64,000 bases of DNA. Source: Salpingoeca rosetta (lineage: Eukaryota > Protista > Choanoflagellata). Both the position numbers and the translations under genes were made by a program. Each line of letters begins with the position of its first letter. The first letter of the stretch is position 1. This document shows, in pieces, positions 41,585 to 59,901 of the stretch. The stretch is taken from contig JAWQFM010000028.1 of NCBI GenBank assembly GCA_033442325.1, positions 811,293 to 875,292 of the forward strand, given 5' to 3'. Below the pieces are notes generated by a model that did not search any database, was not told where the DNA came from, and saw nothing but the letters and a program-made list of their open reading frames with translations.

Positions 41585-44272
41585 TCAAGCAAATGATTCC
41601 TCGTCATCGTCATCAGCGGCAGCATCACCGTGTGCAGGTGCTGCCCGGGCACCGGTTTCAAAGGCATGGATCAGGCGAGCAGCGGCACCAACGGGCACGC
41701 CAGTCAGCGCTTCTTCCGTCAGGCGCCCCCTCTCCTTCATCGCGCGCAACACCTCAAAGCTGGTCACCCCCAAGGCCGCGAGCGCGCCACGCGCATCGGC
41801 AGAGAGGTGCAGCGACGAAAGCCACTCCTCAAATGAGACGATATCACGTTTAGCAGCGGCCACAGCCATGCGCACGTGCTTCGCCATCCTCGCCGCATCG
41901 GCTTCGCGGTCAACGTGGTGCTGGAGTGACATGACGCCGTCCATGTCAAACAGAGACAGCACCACTTCACGCACGCTCTTGTGCTGCTGTGGAGGCCGCA
42001 GGTGCAGCACTTGTGTGAAGTACTCGTCGAGCGCTGCCGCCGTCTCCGTGCTCACCACATCCGGCAACTTCATCGCCAGCCGCTTCATGTACTCGGGCGA
42101 GTCATACTCGCTCGCCGACGCCACACTCATTGCGTGGCTGCTGTCGTGCCAGGCGCTGCCAACGAAGAGCGGAACAATGCGGCGGAGGCGGATCTTGTCC
42201 TGGTGCTGGCGAGCTACCTGTTGTAGCTCCAGCATCGCCATCCACTCCAGCAGCACGTTGTCACAGACGTCAGTGTGGCCGAGCGAGCGCATCTGATAAA
42301 TGGCGGCGACAGACACGACGGGACAGGCGATCACGCTGTGCTGAAGAGCTGTCATGCACGCGTGCTTGAAGTTGACGCCTGCCTCGAGGTTGTTGGCGTC
42401 CACAAAGACCACCAAGCCATGGTGCTCCAACTTTGGGTGAAGGGTCAACACCAGGCCCCGGTTGCCGCGTTGCCTGTGCCGTTGTGATGTGGGGTGGTGG
42501 TGGTGGTGAATGTCGGGGTGAGAAGGGCAAGAGGGGTGAGTGAGGCAATGGAACCAGTTCGCATCACACACACACGCACATACACACACACTCCCTCTCA
42601 CCTGTAGCTGATGAAGGCGTCGTACTTGTCCTGCAGCCCGAGGACTGGCAGCAAGGGGCGATACTTGGTGCTCAGATCACTCACCCTCACCAAGTCATCA
42701 CCCACCCACATGTCCTGCTTGCTCTTGTGGTGGTGCAGCACGTCCTCAAAGAACAGCGATTTCTTCTTGTTGTATGGCAACAACAGGTTGGCCTTGAGGT
42801 CAGGATAACGCTGTGAGGCGGCGGTGGTGATGATGTCGTACAGCACGTGCAGCAGCGTGCGAGGTCGCTCGCTTGTGATCTTGATCTTGATGCCGCCAAC
42901 TGCGGGCACAAGCTGCAGCTCCACTGTAGTCGTGTCGATGAAGAGGATGATGTGTGTGCGGCTCAGCTTCGGTTCCTGTGCTGCTGTTGACTGTACACCT
43001 TCCAGCACACGTGCCAACACAACTGTGAACAGTCCTTCTGGCAGGAACGATGCTTGCTGTGCATCCTCAACTCCCACGCTCGCGGTCTTCTTGAAGTCAG
43101 TCAGGCTGAACGTGATGTAGGCTGTTTTCTCCTCATACGCGTCGTAGGTGTGGGCATCTTTGGCTGCAGTGGTACTCAGTATCGCCGATGATGTCTCTTT
43201 TCCCTTCAGGGTCATGGGCAGGTTGGACGGCACCAAATACTGCTGCTGTTGCTGCTGCTGTTCTTGCTGTTGCTGTCCGGCCTGCATCGTCGCGGGTGAA
43301 TATTCCGCACACAACCCGTACTCCATCATGAGTTGGAGGAAGGGCTCAACCATGTCATCCCGCACATCCTTCCACAGCACACCCAGCAGACGGCGGTGCA
43401 AGATACCGCGATCAACGAGATCGTCCCACACGCCAGGGCCGAGTGCCCTCGCCTCGCCATCACGCACATCGCGGTGCAGGTCAAAGTTGCGGATGACGCG
43501 CGTCATCGTGTCCACCGCCCACTGCGGACTCAGGATCACGAAATCCTCCATGCCTGGCACGTGGTCGTAGTACAGCACCATCGAGTACAGGTGCAGGAAC
43601 TGCAGGCAGGCTCTCGTCTCGTCACGCGTGCGCAGCCCACAGGTGCGCGCAATCTGCACCACCTCGTCAAAGGTGAGCAGAGGTCGTTTCTCGTCGCGGG
43701 CGATGGCGTTGAGCTTGTCGTAGAGGTGGAGGTATGGCACAGCCACCTCCTGGCTCACGTACTCCTGCGCCAGGGCTGTGGAGGAGATGGTCTGGCGCAG
43801 GTCCTGGATCATGGGATCACGGATGGACTTGGTGTTGTCAACGGGCCAGAACCACAGGCTGCGCTTGTCGTTGTGGATGACGCCAGGAAAGGCCGGGTTG
43901 TAACGCAGATGACTGTGGATGTCACGGGAGAGCTGTGTGTGAAGCGTTCTGCTGCGCACTTTGTCGGCGTGCGTGCCGACGATGAGGACGGGTGCGCCTT
44001 TTGCATGGAGGTGGAGGGAGGAGAGCCAATGCTCCATAAACTCCCACGTCTCAGCTCGCTTGCTCTCATCTTGGTGCAGCAGGTCCTCCATCGAGAACAC
44101 CAGCAGGTACACCGCGTACCTGTGGGGTGGGGGGGGGTTAGGGTTAGGTGAATGGAGGAGGGGTGGTGGAGAGTTGAAAGGGTATGGGGTGGGCCGCACG
44201 CAGCCAGCACACACACACACACACGCACACACGCACGCACGCACACACGCACGCACACACACACACACATGC

Positions 44273-44306
<34 letters not shown>

Positions 44307-47300
44307 CACACTCACTCTGTGAGGAAGAAAGGGTGGAAGATGTAGAAGGTGGACTGGCCGCCCAGGTCAAACACCTTGAACGTGACCTGCGCTTCGTCCA
44401 ATGCGCCGTCCAAATCCATCTCCCTGATGGCCTTTTCAACATCTCCTGGCGACGACGAGTACGCAGCAAAGTGCGGTGATGGGCTCGGTCGTGGCTTCGG
44501 GACAGTGGACGGTTTCTTCGCGGTGCTGGTCGTCGATGGTGAAGAAGATGGGCTGGCGGAAGTGGTACGCTGCGTGCACTGCGACGGCGTGGGCTGCACT
44601 GGCGACTGCTTCGCTGTGTCGGTGGCACTCCCCTGATCTTGTTCCTCACCGCGCGGTGTGTGTTGGCACGTTGCTTCTTGCTGTTCTCGTTGTTGCTGTC
44701 TCACGCGCTGCTGGTGCTCAGCCGCTGCCCTGTCTGCACGCTGTCTCATTTTCTTGGCCAACTTGGTCTTTCTCGCCAGCGCCGTGTCTCGCAGCGTACG
44801 CAGATACTCCGACAGCCTGCCATCCGTGGCCTATGAAAAGGTGTGTGTGTATGTGTAAGTATGTGTGTATGTGTGTATTTGTGTGTGTGTGTGTGTGCTG
44901 GTGGAATGCGGAGGTGCGCGGTGCAGGGGTGCATTCACTCTCGGTCACGCACGCGCGCGCACACACACACACAATGCGCACCTTCCAGCTGAAGACATCC
45001 TTGGTGTTGACAATGACTGCAGTGTCGTGGGCTGTAGCGCCTCGGGTCGAGTCTTGCGTCCGCTGGAACCTCTTCCCCATCAACGAGCGAAGCGTGGTTG
45101 TCTTGCCAGCCCGCCCCTCACCAACAAACATCAGTTTCGCGCGTGCCGCCATCCGCGTGCCGGAGCGCTCAGCGATATCGCTCATGATGGACGTCATCTC
45201 CGCATAGTGGCGGGGCTGAAAGGAGTAGAGAACAGGGGAGTTGGTATACATGACGCGATGCATTCAAAACCTTGTGGTCAGTTGTGACACTGCACACGCG
45301 CCCACGCACACACATACATTCACACGCGTGCATGCACACGCACGTGCACGCCCAAGCAACCTATCACACACGCATGACTCGCTGACCTGAGGATGCGAGA
45401 GAAGCGTTACAATGTCGCTGTTGCCACGCTGATGCGCAAAGTCCAACGCAGTTTTGCCAAAAAGCTAAAGAAGGAGAGGGATGATGAGTGGGAAAGTCTC
45501 AGCATTGCTTGACCAGACAGAAGGTACGGTGACATGCACCAACTCACCCATCCAGTCTTGACAGTGGGGTTGGCGCCCAGTTGGAGGAGAGTACGAACGA
45601 CGCGAAGGCGGTTTTGGTGACATGCAATGTGAAGCGGTGTCCATCCCTGTTGAGTAGGTTAAGGGGGAGGGTGTGTGAGAGGACGCGAAGGTAGACCAGA
45701 GACGTGAATGATGAAGGCTGTGAGATACGTACATCTTTGTCTGCCTTGTACACGTCTGCTCCCTGCTCAGCAAGATACCGCACAACAGCCTCGTGGCCAT
45801 TCTGACACGCGATGTACAGCGGTGTTGTGCCCTGATGAACCATCCCATTCAATCCGTACAAATCAACACAACACAACACAACATGAACCACACGTACACG
45901 TGCACAACAAAGTGACAAGGGTGAGAACAACACACAACACAAAACACACACATGCACATTCAGCTGCAGTAATTATACCTGCTCGTGTGCAACAACACAC
46001 AACACAAACATACACACACACCACCTCAAACAAACACCACCACCACCACAAACAACAACACTCTCACACGCAGTACAGCCAACAGCATTCGTGCACACAG
46101 AGCAGTAACAACACAACCTTAAAACAAAACAGAAAAAACCGTACATTGTTGTTCGCCTGGTGCACGTCTGCTCGCTGCTCAACAAGATACCGCACAACAG
46201 CCTCGTGACCATTGAAGCTCGCTGTCCACAGCGGTGTTGTGCCCTGATGCACCATCCCATTCAATCCGTACAAATCAACACAACACAACACAACATGAAC
46301 CACACGGACACGTGCACAACAAAGTGACAAGGGTGAGAACAACACACAACAGAAAACACACACATGCACATTCAGCTGCAGTAATTATACCTGCTCGTGT
46401 GCAACAACACACAACACAAACATACACACACACCACCTCAAACAAACACCACCACCACCACAAACAACAACACTCTCACACGCAGTACAGCCAACAGCAT
46501 TCGTGCACACAGAGCAGTAACAACACAACCTTAAAACAAAACAGAAAAAACCGTACATCGTTCATCGCCTGGTGCACGTCTGCTCGCTGCTCAACAAGAT
46601 ACCGCACAACAGCCTCGTGACCATTGAAGCTCGCTGTCCACAGCGGTGTTCGGCCCTGATGCACCATCCCATTCAATCCGTACAAATCAACACAACACCA
46701 CATAACCACACAACACAGTGGTGAGCGTGAGAACAACACACAACACACAACACACATGCACATTCAGCTGCAGTAATCATGCCTGCTCATGTGCAATAAT
46801 GCCACGCACACACATACATGCAACATGTCAAACATCAACACGACCACCACAAACAACAACAGCAACGCACGCTGCGCAGCCAACAGCACGCGTGCACACA
46901 CAGCAGTAACAACACAACCTTAAAACACAACGAAAAATACGTACATCGTTCATCGCCTGGTGCACGTCTGCTCGCTGCTCAACAAGATACCGCACAACAG
47001 CCTCGTGGCCATTGAAGCTCGCAATGTACAGCGGTGTTGCGCCCTGATGCACCATCCCATTCAATCCGCACAAATCAACAACACACCACAACACCGCACA
47101 ACACAGTGGTGAGCGTGAGAACAACACAAAACACACATGCACACATGCACATTCAGCTGCAGTAATCATGCCTGCTCATGTGCAATAACACACAACACAA
47201 ACATACACACACATTCACTTCAAACAAACACCACCACCACCACCACACAAACAACAACAAAACTACAAACGCAGCACAGTCAACGGCATGCGTGCACACA

Positions 47301-48074
47301 CAACAATAGCAACACAATCTTAAAACAAAACAGAAATAAACGTACATCTTTGTCTGCCTTGTGCACGTCTGCTCCCTGCTCAGCAAGATACCGCACAACA
47401 GCCTCGTGGCCATTCTGACACGCGATGTACAGCGGTGTTGCGCCCTGATGCGCCATTCCATTCAATCCACACAAATCAACACAATACCACATGCACATAC
47501 AAGCACATCACAGTGACAAGGGTGAGAACAACACACAACACACATGCACATTCAGCTGCAGTAATCATGCCAGCTTATATGTGCAGCAATGCCACGCACA
47601 CACATGCACGCAACATGTCAAACAAACACCACCACAACAACAACAGCAACACACGCAGCACAGCCAACAGCATGTGTGCACACACAACAATAACAACACA
47701 ATCTTGCCACGAAACAGGAAAAGACACCTCATTCGCTGCCCTATTGACGTCTGCTCCCTGCTCAACAAGATACCGCACAACTGCCTCATGTCCGAAAGCA
47801 CTTGCCCAGTGCAGCCCAGATGCGCCCTGCAGAACCCCATGTCAATGGTCAGCGACAACCCATGAGTCTGTGTTACGCCAAGCTCACTTTTCTCCCAATC
47901 GCAAAACAAGTGCACGCCAAGTGCAAGCACAGGTGTTGACAGACTCACGAATTCTTCATCCAGCTCCTCGTTGACGTTCGGCTTTGCTCCACCTTTGGCC
48001 GGATCACCTTCCAACAGCAGGCGCTTGACCTGGTCCAGGTCCCCTTGCTCGCAAGCGTCAATCAGCGCGCTCAT
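41585..48074 (-). CDS. ROCO-family protein: ankyrin repeats - ROC GTPase - COR - TIR - SAM-like, 13 exons
   Basis: Exons 48074-47949; seven 99-bp ankyrin exons; 45464-45387; 45215-44982; 44830-44316; 44119-42602; 42473-41585. ROC P-loop KLMFVGEGRAGKT, G3 FKVFDLGGQ..FHPFFLT, G4 VLIVGTHAD. COR: LQFLHLYSMVLYY..VILSPQW..PEGLF. TIR: KYDAFISYR..VFVDANNLEAG..VIACPVVS..DNVLLEW. SAM-like: FEEWLSSLHL..LGVTSFEVL..GVPVGAAARLI. Confidence 0.9.
45733..47826 (-). repeat. Tandem array of ~382-412-bp intron+exon cassettes, each with one 99-bp phase-0 ankyrin exon
   Basis: Exons at 47826-47728, 47444-47346, 47043-46945, 46655-46557, 46243-46145 and 45831-45733. Introns 45832-46144 and 46244-46556 are almost identical. 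The five introns share blocks such as cacatgcacattcagctgcagtaat, and most share aaaacaaaacagaaa. Confidence 0.95.
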
Positions 48075-48648
48075 GGTTGCGACGACGCAGTGCGTTGTTT
48101 GAGCGCGTGTGTGTGTCCGTGTGTGTCTGTGTGTCTGTGTGTCTGTCTGTGTGTGTGTGTGTGATCGCGCTGATGCTGTTCCTCGCTTGTCTGCTATGCT
48201 TTGCTTGCCGTGCCTTCCTGTGGACTGTGCCTCTGTGGGTTTGATGTGTCCTTCTCAGCGCTTGTTGTCTGCGTGAGCTGCTGTGACTGTGTCCTTCTTC
48301 GCGTCCTCTGCTTCTCTGCTGTTGTCCTTCTCTGGCTGTTCGCTTGGCTTGATTTCCGTTGAATGATTTCCACCAAATTTCTCCTCTCTTGTTTCCCCCT
48401 TGCGCCTCGCCCTCCACAACCACACCAACAACAACGACAAAACTCTACCACACACAATTGACAGCAGCAGCCTGACCAACAACAACAGCACAACCGCTAA
48501 GGAGAAGAAAGAAGAAAGCAACTTGTCCTGCGTCGCCACCCCTTTGCTTGATTGCTGCTTGGTGTCCTTCCGTTCCCTTCGAAACTCGAAGACTGAGTGA
48601 GCGCACGCACGAGGTTTGGCTGCCCAAGCGCTCGCAGTTGTTGCCGCC

Positions 48649-54415
<5,767 letters not shown>

Positions 54416-54788
54416 GTGCATCAAATCAGACATGAAGGAGAGCGAGGTGGAGAGCTGGAGATAACCGTTCAGTGTGTGTGTGTATGTGTGCATATCCCGT
54501 GATGGTAGTGGTAGCAGTCGCGATGCTGTTGCAATGGCATGTGAATATGTTGTGCGATTGCGTGTGTTGAGACGTGTGTTGGTGCTGGTGTTGTTGTTTC
54601 TCGCGAAACGATGTGCGTTCGTGTGCGTTTGAAGAGGCAGAGAGCCCCTGTTACATTGTGAACGGATTTCTGGCTGAAGAGCAAATTTGAGTTCATTAAA
54701 CAACCGCAAGCAACACACGGTGCCACAAAGGTGATTCGGGGGAAGCGCAGAAGGGTTGAGTTAACAGTAAACACGAAGCAGCAGTTAC

Positions 54789-54849
<61 letters not shown>

Positions 54850-54910
54850 CACATCACACACAGATCCCATCACAACACGAAGCAGCAGCAGCAGCACAGA
54901 TTGGGCCCCT

Positions 54911-56185
54911 TCATTTGCTGTTGATGGGAACGTCGGCGCCAACGGCTGCGGATACAGAGGAGAAGCCATCGGCAGCGAGCAGTTGGGGCAGGTCACGTTT
55001 GATGGCATGCACGACACCAGGGCCCTCAATCGCCATCGCCGTGTACAGCTGCACCAGGGACGCCCCGCTCCGGATCTTGGCATATGCGTCTGCAGCACAC
55101 GACACGCCACCGACGCCAATCAGGGGCACGCTGCCGCCCGTCTTCGCGTACACCTTGGCCAATACAGCCGTGCTGGCATCGCGCAGCGGCCGCCCGCTCA
55201 GCCCGCCGCCTTCCTCCCTGTGCTCCGATTGCAGCGAGGCTGGACGGGCGATGGTGGTGTTGGACACAATGATACCGTCAATGCCAATCTCTTTCACGAC
55301 GGCGACAATGTCGTCAATGTCCTGGTCCGTGAGATCCGGCGCGATCTTGACCAGCAGCGGCGGCGGTGATGCGCCCGGCCGTGACGAGAAGTCGAGCGAG
55401 TCGCGTGTGCGCTTCACTTCGCCCAGCAGTCGAGACAGCGCAGCGCGGCCCTGCAGCGCCCGCAGGCCCGGTGTGTTGGGTGAGGACACGTTGACCACGA
55501 CGTAGTCTGCGTAGGGCGCGAGCGCGCGCATGCCGGCGCAGTAGTCGAGGGCGGCGTTGTCCTGTGTTTTGTTCTTGCCCAGGTTCACGCCAACCACACC
55601 GCGGCGGGCGGGGTGGCTCCACGGCCACGCAAAGCCTGCTCCGGCTGTTGCTGCTGAGGATGGTGGCTGCGACGCGCCTGAGGTGCTGAACTGCACCCAC
55701 CTCGCCCGCAGGCGCTGTTGGGCGGGCCCGATGCCGCAGCTGTTGAACCCGTACCGGTTGATCACTGCGCCGTCCTCCAGCAAGCGGAAGACGCGCGGGC
55801 GCGGGTTGCCCGGCTGAGGCAGCGGCGTGATGCTGCCGACCTCCACAAACCCAAATCCCATGTCCAGCAGCCCGTCGATGCCTTCTGCGTCCTTGTCAAA
55901 ACCTGCGGCAAGGCCCACCACGTTGTCAAAGTCCATGTTCCAGACGCGGGTCTTCAGGCTCGGGTGGTCCGGTTGCGTCTGCCGCGGTGTCAGCCGCCAC
56001 GCTGCGGCCTTGACTGCCCACACGTGGGCGCGCTCGGGGTCCAGGTTGCGCAGTCCATACACGGACAGGAAATCGGCGACGCTGAACGCGGCGTCGTCGC
56101 CAAACATGCTCCGCTGAACAACAACAGCGTGCGCACACGCCGCTGCCACTGCTGCACCAGCCAACCGCCGCACAACCAAGCGCAT
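54911..56185 (-). CDS. DHODH: Dihydroorotate dehydrogenase (quinone), class 2, mitochondrial; intronless (upstream in-frame ATGs at 56233 and 56266)
   Basis: LDPERAH, VGLAAGFDK, GFGFVEVGSITPLPQPGNPRPRVFRL, INRYGFNS, GVNLGKNK, VVNVSSPNTPGLRALQ, LLVKIAPDL, SNTT, GGLSGRPL, GASLVQLYTA. MRLVVRRL plus a hydrophobic segment looks like a presequence and anchor. Confidence 0.97.
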   Translation of the reverse strand: MRLVVRRLAGAAVAAACAHAVVVQRSMFGDDAAFSVADFLSVYGLRNLDPERAHVWAVKAAAWRLTPRQTQPDHPSLKTRVWNMDFDNVVGLAAGFDKDAEGIDGLLDMGFGFVEVGSITPLPQPGNPRPRVFRLLEDGAVINRYGFNSCGIGPAQQRLRARWVQFSTSGASQPPSSAATAGAGFAWPWSHPARRGVVGVNLGKNKTQDNAALDYCAGMRALAPYADYVVVNVSSPNTPGLRALQGRAALSRLLGEVKRTRDSLDFSSRPGASPPPLLVKIAPDLTDQDIDDIVAVVKEIGIDGIIVSNTTIARPASLQSEHREEGGGLSGRPLRDASTAVLAKVYAKTGGSVPLIGVGGVSCAADAYAKIRSGASLVQLYTAMAIEGPGVVHAIKRDLPQLLAADGFSSVSAAVGADVPINSK

Positions 56186-56282
56186 CTTTGGCTTGCTCAA
56201 GTCGTGAAGATTTGTGAATGATTTCCCATACATTTCAGCACTCCGCCAACGACAACGAACAAACATGGTGGGTGTTTGTTTG

Positions 56283-56582
<300 letters not shown>

Positions 56583-56668
56583 CTTTTTCCCTCCCTCTCT
56601 GTGTGCCCTTTGACAGTGTGCTCGTCTCATCTTCTTACCCCTTGTTTTTTTGTGTTGGGTTGCTGTAG

Positions 56669-57491
56669 ATGCAGCGAAGCCGCCGGCGAAGGCAAACCGC
56701 AAAGGTGAGCAGAAGAGACTTGTGTTGTGAGTGTGTGTTTGAACACCTCCTTGTGGTTGTTTGGTTGATGCGCGATGGTTGCTGTATGGTGCTCACAGAT
56801 AGTTGTGACTTTCCTTGCTTGCTTTCTTGACGGTGTGATTGTAGAGAAAGTCCAAGTTGCAGACGTTCCTCGATTCACGCGTGTGGGAGGAATATGCCGT
56901 GGTGGGTGATTGTGTGTGTGCTGTGTATGTGTTTTGTGTGTGTGTGTGTGTGTGTGTATGTGTGTGTGTTTTCTGTCTGTGTGTGTGTGTGTTTTCTGTC
57001 TGTGCATGGGTACTTGCTTGTATTTTGCGTTTGAGTGCCTGCTTGTGCCTGATTATATTTTTATTTTTTCATGCGTCCACCTTCGTTGTCATGTCATTGA
57101 TGTACCTCGTCACGGGTTTGCTTGTTGGCTTATTTAGGAGGGAAAGCCGCTGTTTACCTTTCGGTCGGAGGTGTGGTACGACGGCTTCAGCGACCCCTGC
57201 GTGCCGCTGCCGGAATTTGCGGTTCGCATCAACGCCAACGACGTGGTCCAAGTCGCCAAGGTGAGTGCAGGTTTTGCGAGAGAGCGAGACAGAGAGAAAG
57301 AGATGTGTGTGTGACATGCCATATATTGATCTCGTGCAGTCGGAGGATGGCTCTGTTGACCACGTACGAATGTATGTGTGGGTGCTGCTGGATTGAGACA
57401 GATCCTGGATGACGACTGGTGGATTGGTCGTGTTGTCGGCCACGGGCACGCCTGCCGATACATCCCTAGGTCAGCCGGTGTTGTGTGTGTA

Positions 57492-57528
<37 letters not shown>

Positions 57529-57908
57529 GTGTGTGTGTTTGCGTGTGTGCGTACATGCGTGTGCCGTCGTTGTCGGTCTCGTTGTGTACGATGACGCACA
57601 AGGCCCTCACCGTCCACCTACACGCACCTCGTGTTCGTTTGCAGTCCCCAGAAGTGGTGGCAGCTGTGGTCTGCTTCCGACGCAGATGCATCGCCAAAGT
57701 CAACAGCAGCACGTGAGTCAAGAACAAGTTGTGTTGTGATGTTGCCTGCAAGCAAACATCTCTGTCTGTGTGCTGTGCTGTGCTGTGCACTTGCTCATGG
57801 CTCTGGACGCCATGCACTCGCACCTTCCTCTTGCAGGCTTGAAGGTCCTTCGACGACAACAACAGCAGCAGCAGCAACAAGAAGACGACACAGATGCACT
57901 GTAAGACA

Positions 57909-57952
<44 letters not shown>

Positions 57953-59849
57953 GCGTGTGCGTGCGTGTGCGGTTCTCTGTTTGCTGTGCTGGTTACTTTG
58001 TTGTTTGCTCTGACTTTTGCTTGTATTCTGCGTCCCTGTTGTACTCGTGCATCTCACCACCTGCGTCGTCTCACACCACGTGTGCCCCTTCCTTCAATCC
58101 TCGCCTCCTTACAATTCCCCCTTCATCACCTCCCTTCAATTCCTCGTCCACACCGCACACACACACACACACGCACAACAACACGCAGCGCTGATGGCGC
58201 GTCGTCATCGCAACAGCCCTCGCTCGCGTCCGTCTTCAACAAAAACAGGGCAACCGTGCCGGACGAGTTTATTGCACACGCGCGCAACGGCGCCAAGTTG
58301 GAGGACTGCTACGTCATTGTACCGGACATTCGGCCCCTCGTCTTCTTTGGTCCTTCCAAGTCCGGTTTCGCAACGTCCGACCTGATGCAACGCGCGCTGA
58401 TGACGTATCTTGTCAAGTCGTTCCCTGGACGCGTCGTGTTCATGGACTGCACCCTCCGGCGACAGGCGCAGGTGGTGGTGGCCACCACGGCCGAGGGAAC
58501 CCGCATTGCCGACCCAGCCACCGCAGACAGCGGTGCGTACGACTGTCGATGGTGTATATGGCGGGAGGGGGAGAAGGTGTATAAGCGGGAGGTGTGTGCG
58601 TGCGTGTGTGTGTGTGTATGTCTATGTCTGTATCTGTGTGTCTGTGTCTGTGTCTGTGTCTGTGTCTGTGTTTTGTGTGTACGTATGACTGTGCGTGCGT
58701 CCGTTTTTCTGCCCTCTTGCTTGTCCCACCACCTGACATCACATCACCCTCTGTTCCTTCCATCTGAGTGACAGAGCCGTTCCAGGCGGAAGACGTGGAG
58801 CGCATCTACCGATTGGCAAAGGAGGGCAAGGTGACGATCATGGCAGTGTGGTTGTGCAGCTGTTGCGAGGGGATGGTAGTGTGCAGCTGTGGATGCGTGT
58901 GTGTATCCCCGTCATGTGCCAATGCATCTCGCTCGCCCAATGGGTCTCAGTTCACCAATCCCCAGCCACTCACTTACCCACCACACACCACTCACCTCCA
59001 TCCTCGTCCACCTCCTAGATGGCGCTGGTGCAGTGTGACAGCGACAGACCGGACGAGCTGCTGCGCTCGTCGACGCTGCCGCTGCTCGTGCTCGTGCGCA
59101 TGAACAACCCCGCCGTCATCCTGCCCAAGCTGGCCAAGGAAACCATCGACGCAGGCCGCAAGCTCGGATCACAGGTTGGGCGCGGGGTGGGTGCGGTGGT
59201 GGTGGTGCTGCTGCTGCTGTTGTTGTTGTTGTTTTGCGCTGTTTGAGGTATTGTCCGTCTCCTTCTCTGGGTCCTCTATTTCTTCGATTTCTGCTACTCC
59301 TTCTCCTCCTCCTTCTTCGTCTTCCTACTATCCTTGCTGATAGTAGCGTTGCCTCACCACGTGCCCCCCCCCCCCTCTGATTCCAACCGCCATCACACCC
59401 CAGATCGCCGCTGCCGAACGCCTCAACGCCATGGACGACTCGGTACGATGATGACACGCTTGCTTGTGGGATCATAGCGTGCCTGTGTCTGTGTGTGCAT
59501 GTGTGCATGTGTGTTTGTGTGTGTCTCTGTGTCTGTGTCTGTGTCTGTGTCTGTGTCTGTGTCTGTGTTTCGTGTCATTTGCCCCTCTTTGCCTGCCTCT
59601 CTGTGCCTGCCTCTCTTAGTCTTCTCTTAGTCTTCTCTTAGTCTCACTTTCCCTCCATATCCCATTCACCCTCATACCCCCAACTCGCCCCCCCCCCCCT
59701 TCTTGTCCTCCAACCAGACGTGGGATTTGGTGCTGCGGCGGTGTCGCTTCGACGTGTCGTGCTATGAGCTGGCCGCATATGTGGACGCGTACATTGGCGA
59801 GTCGACGCTCGAGCTCACCATCGACCCGCGCATGCTGCACCCCGTGTAG
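56669..59849 (+). CDS. CACNB: Voltage-gated calcium channel beta-subunit homologue (SH3-HOOK-GK MAGUK), multi-exon
   Basis: SH3: KPLFTFRSEVWYDGFSDPCVPLPEFAVRINANDVVQVAK|ILDDDWWIGRVV..YIP|SP. GK: YVIVPDIRPLVFFGPSKSGFATSDLMQRALMTYLVKSFPGRV, EDVERIYRLAK, QIAAAERL..WDLVL..SCYELAAYVDAY. Stop TAG at 59847-59849. Confidence 0.92.
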
Positions 59850-59853
59850 ATGC

Positions 59854-59901
<48 letters not shown>

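Noticed and set aside
45733-47826. CRISPR-like or transposon array interpretation of the regular repeats
   Set aside because: Units are ~400 bp and contain spliceable ankyrin exons; there are no short repeat-spacer units and no cas or transposase genes.
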